Below, in pieces: positions 51,301 to 64,000 of a stretch of DNA of 64,000 bases. Both the position numbers and the translations under genes were made by a program. Within the stretch, counting starts at the first letter, position 1; every line of letters begins with the position of its first letter. The notes beneath the pieces are model-generated. The model searched no databases and was not told the origin of the DNA. It worked only from the letters and a program-made list of their open reading frames with translations. This DNA comes from Lama glama (Eukaryota): assembly GCA_028534125.1 (NCBI GenBank), contig CM052817.1, positions 10,108,001 to 10,172,000 of the forward strand. The letters run 5' to 3'.

Positions 51301-54300
51301 TGCTAACTTTGACTATTCCTTTTGTTTAGACTGAGTAGCTTTTACTTTTCAACTACAAAGCAACTGATCTCTTGATAGCATTTCTAGTATAACGCCCCTA
51401 AAATATGTTTGAAATTAGTTCCGTATGCATTTCCTGAGTAACCAACACCTCAAGTACTTTGATGACTTGAAAGGACCCTGAATCAGGAGAAGGCCTGGAC
51501 TCCTTGACTCTCCATCAGGCAGTCTTTTGACCTCAGGTAACAGGTATGACCTCTCTCTGCTTCATTTTCCCCTCTGTAAGAGTATTACACTAGATTATCC
51601 TGATGGCCTCTTCCAAATATTTGTAATAAAATTCTTACAAACCCTTTTCAGATTTTTGGGCCCCTGGGTTAAAAAAAGCTAGATATTTGCCAACACTATG
51701 AAGATTTGTGGAGAAGTATGAAGTCCTTAATTACAGAAGGGCTTTGTAATTGAGTCTAAAATTTGAATGCCAAGAATTCAAATGCAGTTGCTTTATTGAT
51801 ACCACATCTAAGGCGGGCCATCTTTAACGTACCTTCATTATGATCTTTGCGATAGTTCTTCATTGCTTTGTGTGACAAAGACTAATGGGCTCGCACCGAA
51901 CTTTCCACTTCTCAGCCCAGGACTCAGGGTTTCTGTATCCTTTACAAGTTTCCCATGTTGTACCTGTGTATACCTAAATCTAAAAACACCACTTTAAAGT
52001 GGCGTTTACCAGCAACTGAAATGGTATTTGAGATTATTACTGTCGTACCATTAATTTGGTAGTGTGGATTCAGTATAGACTGAATAGAGTACAGTCTAAA
52101 TTAATTCTATATTTCTTAGTTGGAAAATTTATTTTAGCGGTACATGACTTCTATTTTCCAAACCATAAATACCACGTTTCTAATTCACAAAATGTAGTGC
52201 TGAGTTTAATTTATTCAGCATTGTTTTCAGAGAGGAAAGTATGAGTTGATGCTTTTAAAAAATTCGAAAAGCTTTGCAACTGATGTGCTAAAGAAATAAA
52301 ATACACTGTGGGGCCCAGAGCAAGCCTTTGCAGTAAATTTATGTGAGCTTATTGAATCTCCAGGTTGCAGTAATAATATTTTCAGTCTTCAGCAGTCATT
52401 TCTGGACCGATACTTATTATGTTTTATCCTGTCTGGGCTTTATTCCATGGGTTTCTAAAGGACATCGACTCAGTTTGTTTCTGGAAGATGTAGCACAAAT
52501 TGAATAATGTGCTTTTGATCCTAATGTACCTGTTACAACTTAACTAAAATGGTCATGAGCAAAATCTTACTTCTAAAAGCATTTCTCTGGCACAGGAATA
52601 TAGGACTGAAACCATTTTAAATAGGACCTACTGAAAATTGTATTTTGTTACAAGAGATGTTTTATAAAAGATATTTTGTTCTGAAGTGGGTTCTGTTTAT
52701 GTAATAAAAGTATATGAACATAAATCCATCCATGCGTTATTGGCTAATGGGACCTTTTCTTCATGATCAGATACAAAGTTTGTTTCATATTAAATTTTAA
52801 ATTTCTGGAAAATTCCAAAATACTGATGAAAGAGACTGTGGGGATGGCTTAGCAAGCTTTCCAGTCCAGATTTCTCTCTTTGAGGAGAAAGAACATTGTT
52901 CATTTTTCATTATCCCCATTACAAAAAAAAAAAAAATAGACATACCATGTTTAGAAGGGTTTTAATCATCGGGTCAGTTAATTAATGAGAATCCACTTGC
53001 AGAATGAACTCAGACTTTCTAGTAAATTTTGATAACTTTCAAAACCCTTCCTTATAATTGCAGCTAGCAAAGGCTTTAATGCTAGGATTTATGCAGCAGA
53101 GAAGATTGTATTAATCACTGCTTCATGTTACCTGCCCTTTTGGGTTTTGCCTTTCAGAACTTTTTATTGTCTTGTTTTTATTATTCCCTGGTGGTGAATT
53201 ATTTATTGCTTCTTCTGGCCACTTATCAAGTAGTAGTTGGTAGTCAGATTTTACATGCTATTTAGGATAAATTTTTACTTTCTTCTAGTGTTTCTGGGTA
53301 AACTCTCTTGGATCAAAATAACTGAATACTTTTTCTCTTGACTTCCATGCCCTTTAAGTTCTTCTGGGCGGTGATCATGCACTCCACCCCTTGTAGTTAG
53401 CTTCCCTTCTGCTCATGAATCAGTGTTTCCATTCTAACAGTTTTTCTATTTCTCCTTTTTGTTTCTGAGATAGTTAAAAATGAATGTACTCCTTGGGTCT
53501 TATAAACATCTATTTAAATTTTCTCCCTTCTGCAAACTCAAGTTTCTCTCTCTCTTTTGTCTTTGTTACCAAATTGTGTTACAAATGCATAATGGATTTT
53601 TAGATTCTCAAAATAATCCTTTCTTTTAGGGTTTCTGCTATCCAGGTTTTAGAAGTTTATTTATATGAGTTCAAGGCCTTGGATTTTCCAATTGCTCTTT
53701 TATAAGCATCTGTTACAGTCTCGTCTTCTTTTCAATAGTCTGAGTTTATGTTTATACGTAAAATCCTTCTGTTGTTTCTGACATTTTCTAATTTAGTATC
53801 AATTTCAAATAGTGAACGGCTTTTACTTCATCTTCCATATGGATACTTAATAAACACTATAACTTAGACATATGGTTTCATGGAGGAGAACAGTACTGTG
53901 GCTAATTTTTCAAAATAGCAATAAAAAGAAAACATTTATTGTGTCTTTAGCAAGCATTATTTTCTTGGGACAGTTTTATCCTCCTAATTATGCTTTGCCT
54001 AAGCTGATGCTAGCATTGATTCACATGCCCGTGAGCTTATGCCCACTGATGACAGATATATGCTGGGGTTAAAAACACAGCATGGCTAATTCACACATGA
54101 ATGTCTGATTGCTAAGGAAATTGAGGCTAAATCAGACGCTGGTCACTTTTTATCATCTCTTTGCTTTCACTCTAACCTTTCATCCATATTCTTAGCTCTG
54201 TAATAACACCAAATATATAAATAAAAATTCATTTCTAGTGCTGCAAATCATTTTTAAATACTCAATATTTATTATGCTGGGATTTATGATCTGACATGGT

Positions 54301-56760
54301 TAGCTAGATACCCCTTTTCTGGATGATATTAAGTTTCATGCAATTTGATTTGATTTTTACAAGCTTGTTAATGCTCTTTCATAGTTTCTAGTTTATCCTG
54401 GTGCAGACAATAAAATCAATCTTGTACAAGTAATTACAGGTTCAAAAATAAGTTGATTCCACTGAGTTTGGGCGACTTAATGTTCACTCTAAATCTTCTG
54501 CCATGTGTTTCCCTTTAACATTTTAATAATGTTCCGTAGAGCAAGTCTAATTGGTATGATATGGTCTCTTTGCTGGCATTTTATAGTGTTTTGTTTTATG
54601 GAGAGTAGTGTAATTGGCTTTTCCTTTGAAAGCAAATAATTTTCTTTGTATTTGTAAAGATTGTAAGGGTATATATTTTTTAAATAGCATGCCAGCCAAG
54701 ATTTGTTTCCTTCTGAGTCTATAATTTTTAACTGAATTTTCAGATAGGCAGTATCCGTTAATTCTTAAGGGAGCTATGCAAGCACACAGGTGGATTCACC
54801 CATGCAAACATTTACTTCTAGCTAACAGATGGTTTTCTCAAAACAGGTTTTTTTTTTTTTTTTTGCTTCTATGCCACAGTGGGTAACATATTTGTTTGGG
54901 ACAAGACTCTACAATCTAATATCAAGTGTCTAGAAAATGTCTTCAGATGGAGAGGCAGCAGATTGAATGGAGAAAGCTGTACACTTGGAGTCAGGAAGCC
55001 TGAGTTAGGATTCTGTGTGGCCACTTACTTACTGGTCATGATTCTTGGGATGAGCTCTGGGTCTTAGCTCCCTGATCCACATAGCGGAGGATGGCCTAGA
55101 TTGTCTCGAAGTTTCCTTTCGGTTCTAGAATTAGGAGATTTTAGGTACCTCTTAGGGTATTTTAAGCTGAAGTTAAATGTTGACCTGGCATAAGCTTGTA
55201 ATATTTCTCTCCTGGTGAACTCAAGCTCCCTGTTCTAAATTATAACATTTACCTTAAATTGCTTCCCTTTAATCAACAGACTTTAATATTTCTTATTCAG
55301 CAACTATTTGTTGAATGTTTTTTATGTGTCAGGTACTATACACAGCCCTGGAGTAACAAAGAAAAATGAGGCGTGTTTCCTGTCCACAAATGATCACACT
55401 GCAGTGTGGTAAGTGTCACAGTAGAGGAACAAATGTGTCGCGGTAGCTCAAAGGGGAGACCGAGTCATTCTGCTCTGGGGGAACAGCTTAGAAGGAAGTC
55501 GCAAGTGGAATGAGGAGTTAGAAGATTAAAAGGTTGCTAACACTGCCTCTCGGCTTTCTTGACAAGTTGAAGAAAAATTCATAGCTTTTTTTGAACCTCC
55601 TGTATCGTGAGATTCGCTTGCACTTCTACCCACAGTAGTTCAGTAGAACAGTTAGAAAGTTGGTCTGTGTTTATGGGCATTTACTGTGTACTGTCTTATT
55701 CTAAATGCCCAAGTCCCACATCTAGTTAAGAACTTTTACCAACATCTTTTCTTCTGAAAACTTATCTCAATATAACATTTGTAGAACAAACGTTTTTAAA
55801 AGTTTGTCCTGTTTGGCTGTAAGACAAAGGATTAGACTTTCGACAGGGACACACGGATAGAGTTTAACAGTAAGCAATGCATTCTTCACATACAGAATGT
55901 CACATTTCACCTCACAATCTCGAATCTCAGATCATTTCAGTCTATTGAAAGGGTGAAATGGGATGACGGCTTGGAAATGGGTTTTTGTTAACTTCGAAGT
56001 TCTGGATTGTTTTGAATAACTCTAAGTATCAGAATACACTATTAAAGCTTATGTCTGCATCTCCACCCTCTCCCCCTACAATTATGGGTGGTAAGAACTG
56101 TACGTCAACTTGGAATCAGGCTGTTTTGAGCCATTTAATTTAGACACTTATTATTTTAACATAAGCACTTTTACTTTGGCAGTCAGCACACAATTTTAAT
56201 TAGCACTCGGAACACAACGGAATAGGTGCATGAGGTACAAGACAGGAAGAAATATGTTCATGATGGCCCGCCTGCCTGAGGACTGGCAGCATCCGAGAAG
56301 GACGCTTTCAGCAGAATGCTCAGCGCTGCTGAGAAATCATCCTCACTGGCACTTAAACGCGTATACATTTAATCACTTCAGTGTTTTGAAATGTCAAAAC
56401 ATTGGCATTAGCTGCTTTGTCATCCAAACTACACGCAGAGAGAATATTAATTTCTTAAGCTGATTCTGATGCACTGACTGATACATGAGAAAACTAAGCT
56501 CATTTTCTACATCGGCCCAGGATCCGCTTCCCAACTTTGCCAGTCAAGCTTTTACTCATCCTTAAACCCTAGTGGGAATGTCCCCCTCACAGTCTTCCCA
56601 AAGCTCCCTTCCCGCCACGGCCGCTCTCTCTTCCGTATATGCCCGCTGTCCGTGCACGTGCGACTGCGTGACCATACTGTGTTCCTAGTCTTTAATGCAT
56701 CATTCTCCCTGTTGACTCTCAGTGCCGTATTTGTAGGAATTGTCTCCACATCTGTATTTT

Positions 56761-56827
56761 TTTTTTGTTGAAGTACAGTCAGTTACAGTGTGTCAATTTC
56801 TGGTGTACAGCACAATGTCCTAGCATG
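56761..56827 (-). mobile_element. Very short L1 3'-end insertion with target-site duplication
   Basis: poly(T)-gttgaagtacagtcagttacagtgtgtcaatttctggtgtacagcacaatgtcc flanked by tctgtatttt at 56751-56760 and 56828-56837. Confidence 0.8.
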
Positions 56828-56859
56828 TCTGTATTTTGGTTGTATCTAATTAAAAGACA

Positions 56860-57700
56860 TCACATGGTGAAATGAAGAGAATATGCACTTTATAGTTAAA
56901 CTGTTATGAGTTTAATCTTAACTGCTACTTACTTTCAATGGGCACTTGGACAAGTTACCTAGCTTCTTTGTGCTTCTTTAAATAAGGGTAGTAATACCTC
57001 CTGGGCAAGATTGTTGTGAAGATTAAATATGATCCATCCATTTGACAAATACATAGAGAGGTCCTATTACACGTCAGCCACTGTACTTGGTACGAAGAAA
57101 TATAATGGTGAACAAGACATGAGTCTGCCCTGAGAACTTCATAATTCTTGAAGACAAGAAAACAGACGATTGCAATATAATTCTTGGAGAACAAGTAGGA
57201 ATTCACCAACACAGCGATTCTTGGGGTTGGGTGAAGGCAGCAGGGTTTGGGGGAGTAGGGAAGGTGTGTGGGATGCTCTTCAGGCAGAGAGAGGATGGCA
57301 AGTCAAGATGCAGAGAGAGGAATCATCTGGCAGGGGCTGTGGGGTTGAGGCTGTGGATGTAAACACCATGAGGGGCCATGCCAGCAGGGCACGGGCAGAG
57401 GGAACCATGAAGAATGTACGACCAGATGTGCATTTCAGGAAGATCTCCTTCCTTGGCAGCGTATGGAGTGGTTTGAGATAGAGGAACCAGTATGACCAAT
57501 TAAGAGGCTGCTGTCTAGAGGTGACAGTGGCCTCCATAGCAGGAATCACAGTGGGAATGGGGCCATGATGACACGAGAGAGGTTTAGGAACCAGAAAAGG
57601 CAGGACGTGATCAGGTGCGGCTTGTGGGAGAGGAGTCAGGCAGAGGAGACACAAGTGGTTTGGGATGTAGGTGGGCAAGGAACAGCGAGTCCAGTTTGGA
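56860..57700. mobile_element. MIR (+) followed by L2 (-) remnants
   Basis: cttggacaagttacct...gttgtgaagattaaat (MIR), then ggtgaacaagacatgagtctgccct...caggaagatctccttccttggcagcgtatggag (L2). Confidence 0.55.
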
Positions 57701-58251
57701 AACTGGGCCTGGGTCTCAGGTAACCATGGGGAGGGTGGGACACTTCTATGTCATCGTTTGGAGCTCTTGTGTATTTTGACCCTGCTGGTTTTTTGTTTTG
57801 GAACACGGATGTCAACACTGATGAACTTTGTGGCAAAGTTTCATCCTGGGGTGGACTCCTCTGAGGCCCTTTCACTCCTGATCCATTTTCCATACAGCAT
57901 ATTAGGACTGTTTCCAGTTGTCTCCACTTTCATTTTTGTTTTACCAACATTATTTCCATCAGGATAAAATCTTGTGTACATTACAAAGAAGGCTTGATTT
58001 TTAAATTTCTTTTTCTTCATCTTTGTCAAATTTTTATAGAGTATAGCTTTTTCCATGGCAAGCTTCCTTCTAAAACCACTGTTTTTGTCATATCAAATTT
58101 TGTACATGTACATTTTTATCAAATCTTTTTCGTTTTTCATTAATCTGTGAGCAATAAATTTTTTTTTTACCATTTTTTGTTTTTGCTATTGTCCACTGTA
58201 GTTTACTTTTCTTTTTTTAACCAAGCCCAATATTTTCCTAAAACAATGTTT

Positions 58252-58420
58252 GCTGTAGCACGGGGAAATACTTACAGGATCTTGTGGTGGCTCACAGCGA
58301 AAGAGAATGTGACAATGAATGTATGCATGCTCATATATAACTGAAAAATTGTGCTCTACACCGGAATTTGACACAACATTGTAAAATGATTGTAACTCAA
58401 TAAAAAAAGTTTATTAAAAA
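58252..58420 (+). mobile_element. Short L1 3'-end insertion with poly(A)
   Basis: gtagcacggggaaata...tgtgctctacaccggaatttgacacaacattgtaaaatgattgtaactcaataaaaaa; imperfect TSD aaaacaatgtttgc / aaaccaatctttgc. Confidence 0.8.
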
Positions 58421-58599
58421 AAACCAATCTTTGCAGTTTTAAAATCTACCAATCATATGTGATCCTCAAGTCAGCTTTTGCATCTATAACAGGCTTTACT
58501 GTGTATCGTTTTGGCCCTTGACAGTTTCATTCTGGTCCTTAAATCAAACTGCCTCCCAATGACAGAATCAAAATGGGATATTTCAGCCCACTGAGGGCC

Positions 58600-59000
58600 A
58601 GGGGGAGGTGTCCAGGAAGTAGGGTATGTATGCAGGTAGGGTGATTTGAAGAGAAGTTGGAGTCAAATATAGATTTGGGAGTCATTTGCATCTGAATGTT
58701 GAGGACAACAGAATGGTGACATCTCACAGAAGGGTATACAGCCTGAGAGAACGGCCTCCAGGAAAAAATTGGAAGGAGCACCAACATTCCAGAAAGATGT
58801 GGCCTGAGGAGGAGGAGTCCGTGAAGGAGAGGCAAGAGGGGGGAGGACACCCACGGGAGGGCACTGTCATGGAGGTCAGGTCAAGGGAGAGCAGTGGTCA
58901 GTGTCGATGGACGCTGCAGAGGGCATGTAGGATACATACTGAAACGTGGCCTTCGGATTTGGCAACGACACCGTCACTAGCCTCAGTGAGAGCCGCCTCA
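58600..59000 (-). mobile_element. L2 fragment
   Basis: tatagatttgggagtcatttgcat...gagcaccaacatt...ggatttggcaac. Confidence 0.55.
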
Positions 59001-61779
59001 CCAGCGGGGAGAGACCCACCCAGCTGGGTGTACTCACAAGAGGCGTGAGATGGACGTGAAGACCTGGAGACGGTTGCACAGCCAACACTGCTGTCAGAGG
59101 GGAGCTTGTCTGCCTATTCACTGACTGGTTTATTTATCTCCTTTTAGCAGGAGAGAGGCTTCAGCATGGTTAAGTGCTGATGGGTTGGAAGGAGAGGATG
59201 AACACACAGGAGAGTTGGAATGGGTCCCCAAGGGCACAGCGGGACCACAGTCCTTCCCAGGAGGTGGCTTCTATTGTCAGTCTTGCTGCCTAAAGCTCGC
59301 TATCCAGTGAGTTATCAGCAGCCAAGTCCCCAGGGGATGTGACCATCATAAATAAATTGGCCCATCCAGCTGGGCTTCTACTGTGTCCGTTACTGTTCTG
59401 ATTCCTTAGTGGCATGGAGCTCTGCCTTGAACAATCACTATTTGATTAACAAAATCCTTAGTCAAGGGGATTTTATCTGCTGTCCCTAAACCCATGATAC
59501 TGTCATCTGCCCGGGCCTGCCTTTGAGAAAGTTCTGCGGCCACATATTGCCCACGACATTGGATACACTTTGACGCCCTTGCTGCCCGGGTTGGGACATC
59601 AACTTAGTTCCACCAGGCACAGGGCAGGGCGCTATGACCCTGCCCACTGCCCGCTCCTTTCATTTGTGCTCAGACTGCACAATACGTGTGTGCGGGCAGT
59701 AGCCAGCACACATCACCTGTCCATCCACTGAGCTCCCCCAGCCATCCACCCATCTCTTCCCTTCCTATCTGTTGGATGCTTACCTGTACCAAGCACCATG
59801 GTGAGCAGTAGGGTTAAAACGTGTAGAGACCCTGTCCCGGCGCTCTCGGAGCTCACAGTCTGGCAGGTGAGTTAGTTGTTGCAATGATGTGTGAAAGGTG
59901 GACGAGCTGGCGAGCCAGTTAGCCTAGCTAGGCAGGGACCAGTAGGTGGCCTTAATTATTGTTGCTTTTTATTGGTAGAACCTATGATAATCTTAAAATC
60001 TTAAGAAAGCAATTGAACATATGAAATGTACGCTCCTTATCCTAATGTAATCATTTCACTTGCCAGTTCACACAGCTCCAAAGGTTACCTTTGTTTTGTG
60101 AAGTTGGACAGGTTTCAGGATTGCGATTACCTTAAAGAAAACACGTCTCCTGTAGCTACTGAGATCGGCTACCGAATCTCCAGGATGTTGAAGAAACCGT
60201 GTTCTCTTTGAATCCCTGATATTTATAGCTAGCATCCCCTTCCACCCCGTCCCTGTTCTGACCTTTTTGTTTTGTTTTGGTTTTGCCGTCAGGACAAAGT
60301 GCAGGACAATTTTGTTGGCTGTTCCTGAGGCATATTTGTTTGACCTCTGTGGAATTCTGGGCACACAAATTAAATAAAGGTGGACCGAGCAGTCCTGACC
60401 CCTCCCTGACAAGTTCTCCAAGCCTCTGCCTTGGCTTGCTGCTTCCAGATCCCACTGACATGCCGTGGCCTCTGGATCCCAACGCTGGCACTCTGAGTGG
60501 GTCGGACACTGCGGTGGGACGGCAAGGGTCTGGGGGAGCCCAGGGAAAGCTTGGTTTCCCTGCACTCAGCCACTGTTCCCCTTGGGGTACGTGTGTCTAA
60601 TTAGGTTGGGAGAGAATCAGAGATACTGGGCCTTTATCTCATCCCCAAAATTGATGTGGGAGATAAACATTGCATGAAAATGACCTGTAGACTAATAAAA
60701 TACTAACTTCAGCCTCGCGTTACAGTAGGCTGTCAGAAAAAGGAAAACAAAGAAATCCTCACCCCTTCCCAGGGCTCGCTCTCTCCCTGACATGTGTCAC
60801 AGCTCCCGGATTTTGTCCCCTGCCAGAGAGTGTGTGCGGTCTGCTCTGGGCTTTCTTCACAGTCCGTCTCCACAGGTCTCCCTCTGCACGGTCCTCTACA
60901 CCACGTGGGTCTCACTCCGTTTCCCTGCTTGGAGCACAGGACTGGGGCTGGGCTCTGCCTGGAGGGGCCCGGCCACGTGGCCATTCCTGGCACAAGTCTT
61001 CTACTCTCTGCGGGGAATGCTGGATGGATCCTCTCATTCGTGGGGCCCCAGATGTCATCTTCTCCCTCTACTTCCCCCTTTCCTGGTGCGGGGGGTGGGG
61101 CAGTGAGTGTTGGACAGACGGGCCTTTGTGTTCTACCCTTTACACCTGCTCCCTGAGGCAGTGAACACACAGGTACCTCCATGCTCCCGTGGGAGGGGGA
61201 GTAGAGAGAAAAAGAGGGACAGCCCTGGAGGAAAAAGACATGGTTTAGTGTCCTAATTTGGTGTCCTGCCACACAAGCCAAAACAAAACAAAGAAACCTA
61301 ATAGAGAAGAGCATCTCCCCCAGATATTTAGAAAAAGAATTCTAACCTTAAAAAAAAGTATTGGAGAATGACAAAGGTTTCTGGCACGATTGAAGGAGAC
61401 GTCCTTGCCGGCCAGTGGTGGAGGTGGTTTGGAGAAGTGATGTCTTGCCATGATGCTCCTCCCTTCCTGCTCTCTGGTCACTTCCTCTTGACTGCTCTCT
61501 TCTTGAGCCATATTGTCTCCCCTTCTCCGTCGCCTCCCCATCTTTCCCCGCCACTGTCCTTCCCTCTCATCTTATACGCATCCTAGAAAGCCATTTAGAA
61601 AGGACTGGCCAGGCCCTGGTTGGTCCCCCTACCTTGGAGGTTTGCTCAGAGGGCCGTATACCACAACTGGCTGTCTCCCTGTGGATTGCTTCTGCAAAAT
61701 AGCTCTCTTTTTCATTTCCACATGCATGAGATACTTTCATTGATTTTTTTTTACATTTGATTATGCTTTTTGAAGGTAA

Positions 61780-62165
61780 GATCTGTGTGATTCCAAAGTC
61801 AAGATTAGACAGCTGTTCCTCAGGCCCCGCTGCTTCCATCCATGCCCTCCACCCTGTTTGCCTCCTGCTGTCTGCAGGTAGCTAATGTTGTTTCTGGTTT
61901 ACTCTTCCAATATTTCTTTTCACAAATATAAGAACATACACAGGAAAGGTGGCTTATGACTTCCCAGTTTGCACCTTGCTTTGTGCACGTGATGTATTTC
62001 AGTGTCCACACTGTGCGTAGGAGTCTTCCTCATCTTTCGCCAAGTCTGAATATACATAATTATGGGAACGTATCGTCACCTATAATATTCATAGACGTTT
62101 GGATTGGGTCCAAATGTCTGCCATTGTAGATAATGACACGATGAATAGTCTTTTGCATTTGTCCA
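61780..62165 (-). mobile_element. Old L1ME-like 3' fragment
   Basis: tttgcaccttgctttg...atagacgtttggattgggtccaaatgtctgccattgtagataatgac. Confidence 0.5.
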
Positions 62166-62649
62166 TGACTTTCTTTTAGTAAAAACAGCTAAGATTGAGG
62201 GGAGGAGGGTGGTAGGGAGGGGGAAAAGGAGATGAAGAGATAGAGAGATGCTGACTTTTTAAAAAGATGGTCCCTTGGACAAAAACATTTTTGAAAGAAG
62301 CCCTGAATGCTCTTGGGAATTAGTTAACATTCCAAAGTGTCCTCTCTTCCCGATGGATTTGGGCCGTGTGAGAGGACCCTGAGAGCTACCCCAGCCTGTC
62401 CACAGCCACTGAATCCATGGAGACCCGGATCTGCTTGGAAGTGTGGATTTGTCCTGGCAGGTGGGACTGACCTTCAGCTACTTCAGCAAGTCAGGGTTTC
62501 CGTGGTGCCGGGAAGCCTCCTCTCCAGTATATTCTCTTGATTTTTAACTGACTCCTTTGATAGGAATAAGTCTCTCATTTACGATCACAGACGCCTAGTA
62601 AGAAAGAACTCACTGGCCTTAGTGTGTCAATGGCATCTGTCCCAGGCAC

Positions 62650-62825
62650 TTTTTTTTAAAATTTAAATTAAAAAAAAATTGAAGTTTAGTTGGTTTACAA
62701 TGTTGTGTTAATTTCTGGTGCACAGCATGGTGATTCAGTTATACATGTATGTTCCTTTTCATCCTCTTTTTCTTTATAGCTATTACAAGGTGTTGAATAT
62801 GGTTCCCTGGGCTCTACAGTAGGAC
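62650..62825 (-). mobile_element. Short L1 3'-end insertion
   Basis: attgaagtttagttggtttacaatgttgtgttaatttctggtgcacagcatggtgattcagttata...ttacaaggtgttgaatatggttccctgggctctacagtaggac. Confidence 0.8.
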
Positions 62826-63214
62826 TTTCTTAAGAACACACTTGATAGAGCAAAGGACGGAGCAAGTGTGACGATGCGAGGGGGGAAGACGGGAGAGGGA
62901 GGAAGGGGAGGGAACGTTTTGCCAGGATACGTCCTAATCCCTGCCAGCTTCGCATGTCTCACACATACATGGTATTTTCACCAAGGGAGCTGCTATTCCC
63001 TCTCTAATCAATTCAAATCCCCTCCCCTTGGTTCACTGAAACTAGGAACCTCAGTTATTTATACTATCTCATCTTCCCACCTAGTAACCCTGCAAAACAG
63101 AAAATGTTTGTTTTGTTCCCCCTTCTCTATTCCGGCTACTGTTGCCCTAGGACAGACCCTCAACATTTTCACCCTGGAGGAGTTCAGAACAGGGGAGCAG
63201 AAAAGCCTGCCAAC

Positions 63215-63425
63215 CCCGGAGCCAGACTCCCAGGTTTAATTCCCAGCTCTGGGCTTACTAGCCCTGACTCCCTGGACAGCTTACCCCCTGCGCCTTAGTT
63301 TCCTCCCATCATTTGAGATGCACGATAGTATCGGTCACATTCAGCCACAGTGAGGATCAAGTGAAATGAAATGTGGCAAATGCTTGGAACAGTGCCTGGC
63401 ATGTACTAAGTACACAATTAGCACT
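63215..63425 (+). mobile_element. MIR SINE
   Basis: ggagccagactcccaggtttaattcccagctct...ccttagtttcctc...gtgaggatcaagtga...aacagtgcctggcatgtactaag. Confidence 0.75.
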
Positions 63426-64000
63426 AGAGATCATTTCAAAAGCCTCCTAACTGGTTTCACTGCTTCTCACCGCTCCCTCTCCATTCCCCTCTAATCTCGT
63501 CCCCACGTGGTGGGCAGGTGGGTCTTCATAATCCATATGAATGAAATACTTCGCCTCGGACCTCCTCAAGCTGGTTCCAAGCCATCTTCCCAGTCTCATC
63601 TCCTGCCACAGCCCTGCAGGAGTCTGGGCTTCCCTGGTCCGACCACAGCCACCTGTGTCCACCCGTCCACGGGGCTCTCCACTGCGATCTCCTCCTTTCT
63701 CCTGTTCTCCTTGGTAATCCACTACGCACTCCTCCAGATCAGATGTCATAAGCTCAGTGACAACTTTGCTGACTTTCCCCTCCTCATTACAAGTCATGTT
63801 GATTGCTTTCTTTCCTGCCATCCCACAGCCATTTGTACAGCCCTCTGATGTAGCCCACCGGCCCCAGCAGTGAGGATATGTCAGCCATGCCCCCTCCCCC
63901 AGAGGGGGACGCCATGCCCTTCCTGCCCATCTCAGCTCCCACAGGAGTTCCTCGTGGCCAGATCCCCTTCTCCCTTCCCTCACGGTGTCACACATTCCTC

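Noticed and set aside
51935..51943. GTATCCTTT U12-donor motif on the plus strand upstream of the gene
   Set aside because: No supporting exon or branch site. It shows this 9-mer occurs by chance, which tempers the 21486 candidate.
53200..53900. Possible ancient CR1/L3 remnant
   Set aside because: Similarity too faint to support by eye; needs a Dfam search.
60068..63995. ORFs of 100-190 aa in the upstream region
   Set aside because: No recognisable domains, overlapping on both strands, partly within L2/MIR or low-complexity sequence.

Overview
Mammalian genomic DNA. The L1 3'-end sequences and Tigger2-type MITEs point to a laurasiatherian, probably a cetartiodactyl and possibly a camelid (inference). 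The window holds the 5' part of TAPT1 on the minus strand: coding exons 1-11 (48092 down to 632, 1239 nt = 413 codons, all splice phases consistent); the 3' exons lie left of position 1. Intron 5 is a U12-type (minor spliceosome) GT-AG intron. A CpG-island promoter at about 47.6-49.1 kb is probably bidirectional, followed by about 15 kb of non-coding, repeat-containing upstream DNA. There is a 500-N assembly gap in intron 8. The most interesting unexplained structure is a cluster of candidate mini-exons in intron 3: a 40-nt exon ending in a second perfect U12 donor, a possible 38-nt partner, and a clean 32-nt frameshifting exon. Intron 2 also contains an old local duplication. No prokaryotic-type system, CRISPR array or RNA gene was seen, and nearly all ORFs in the supplied track are spurious.
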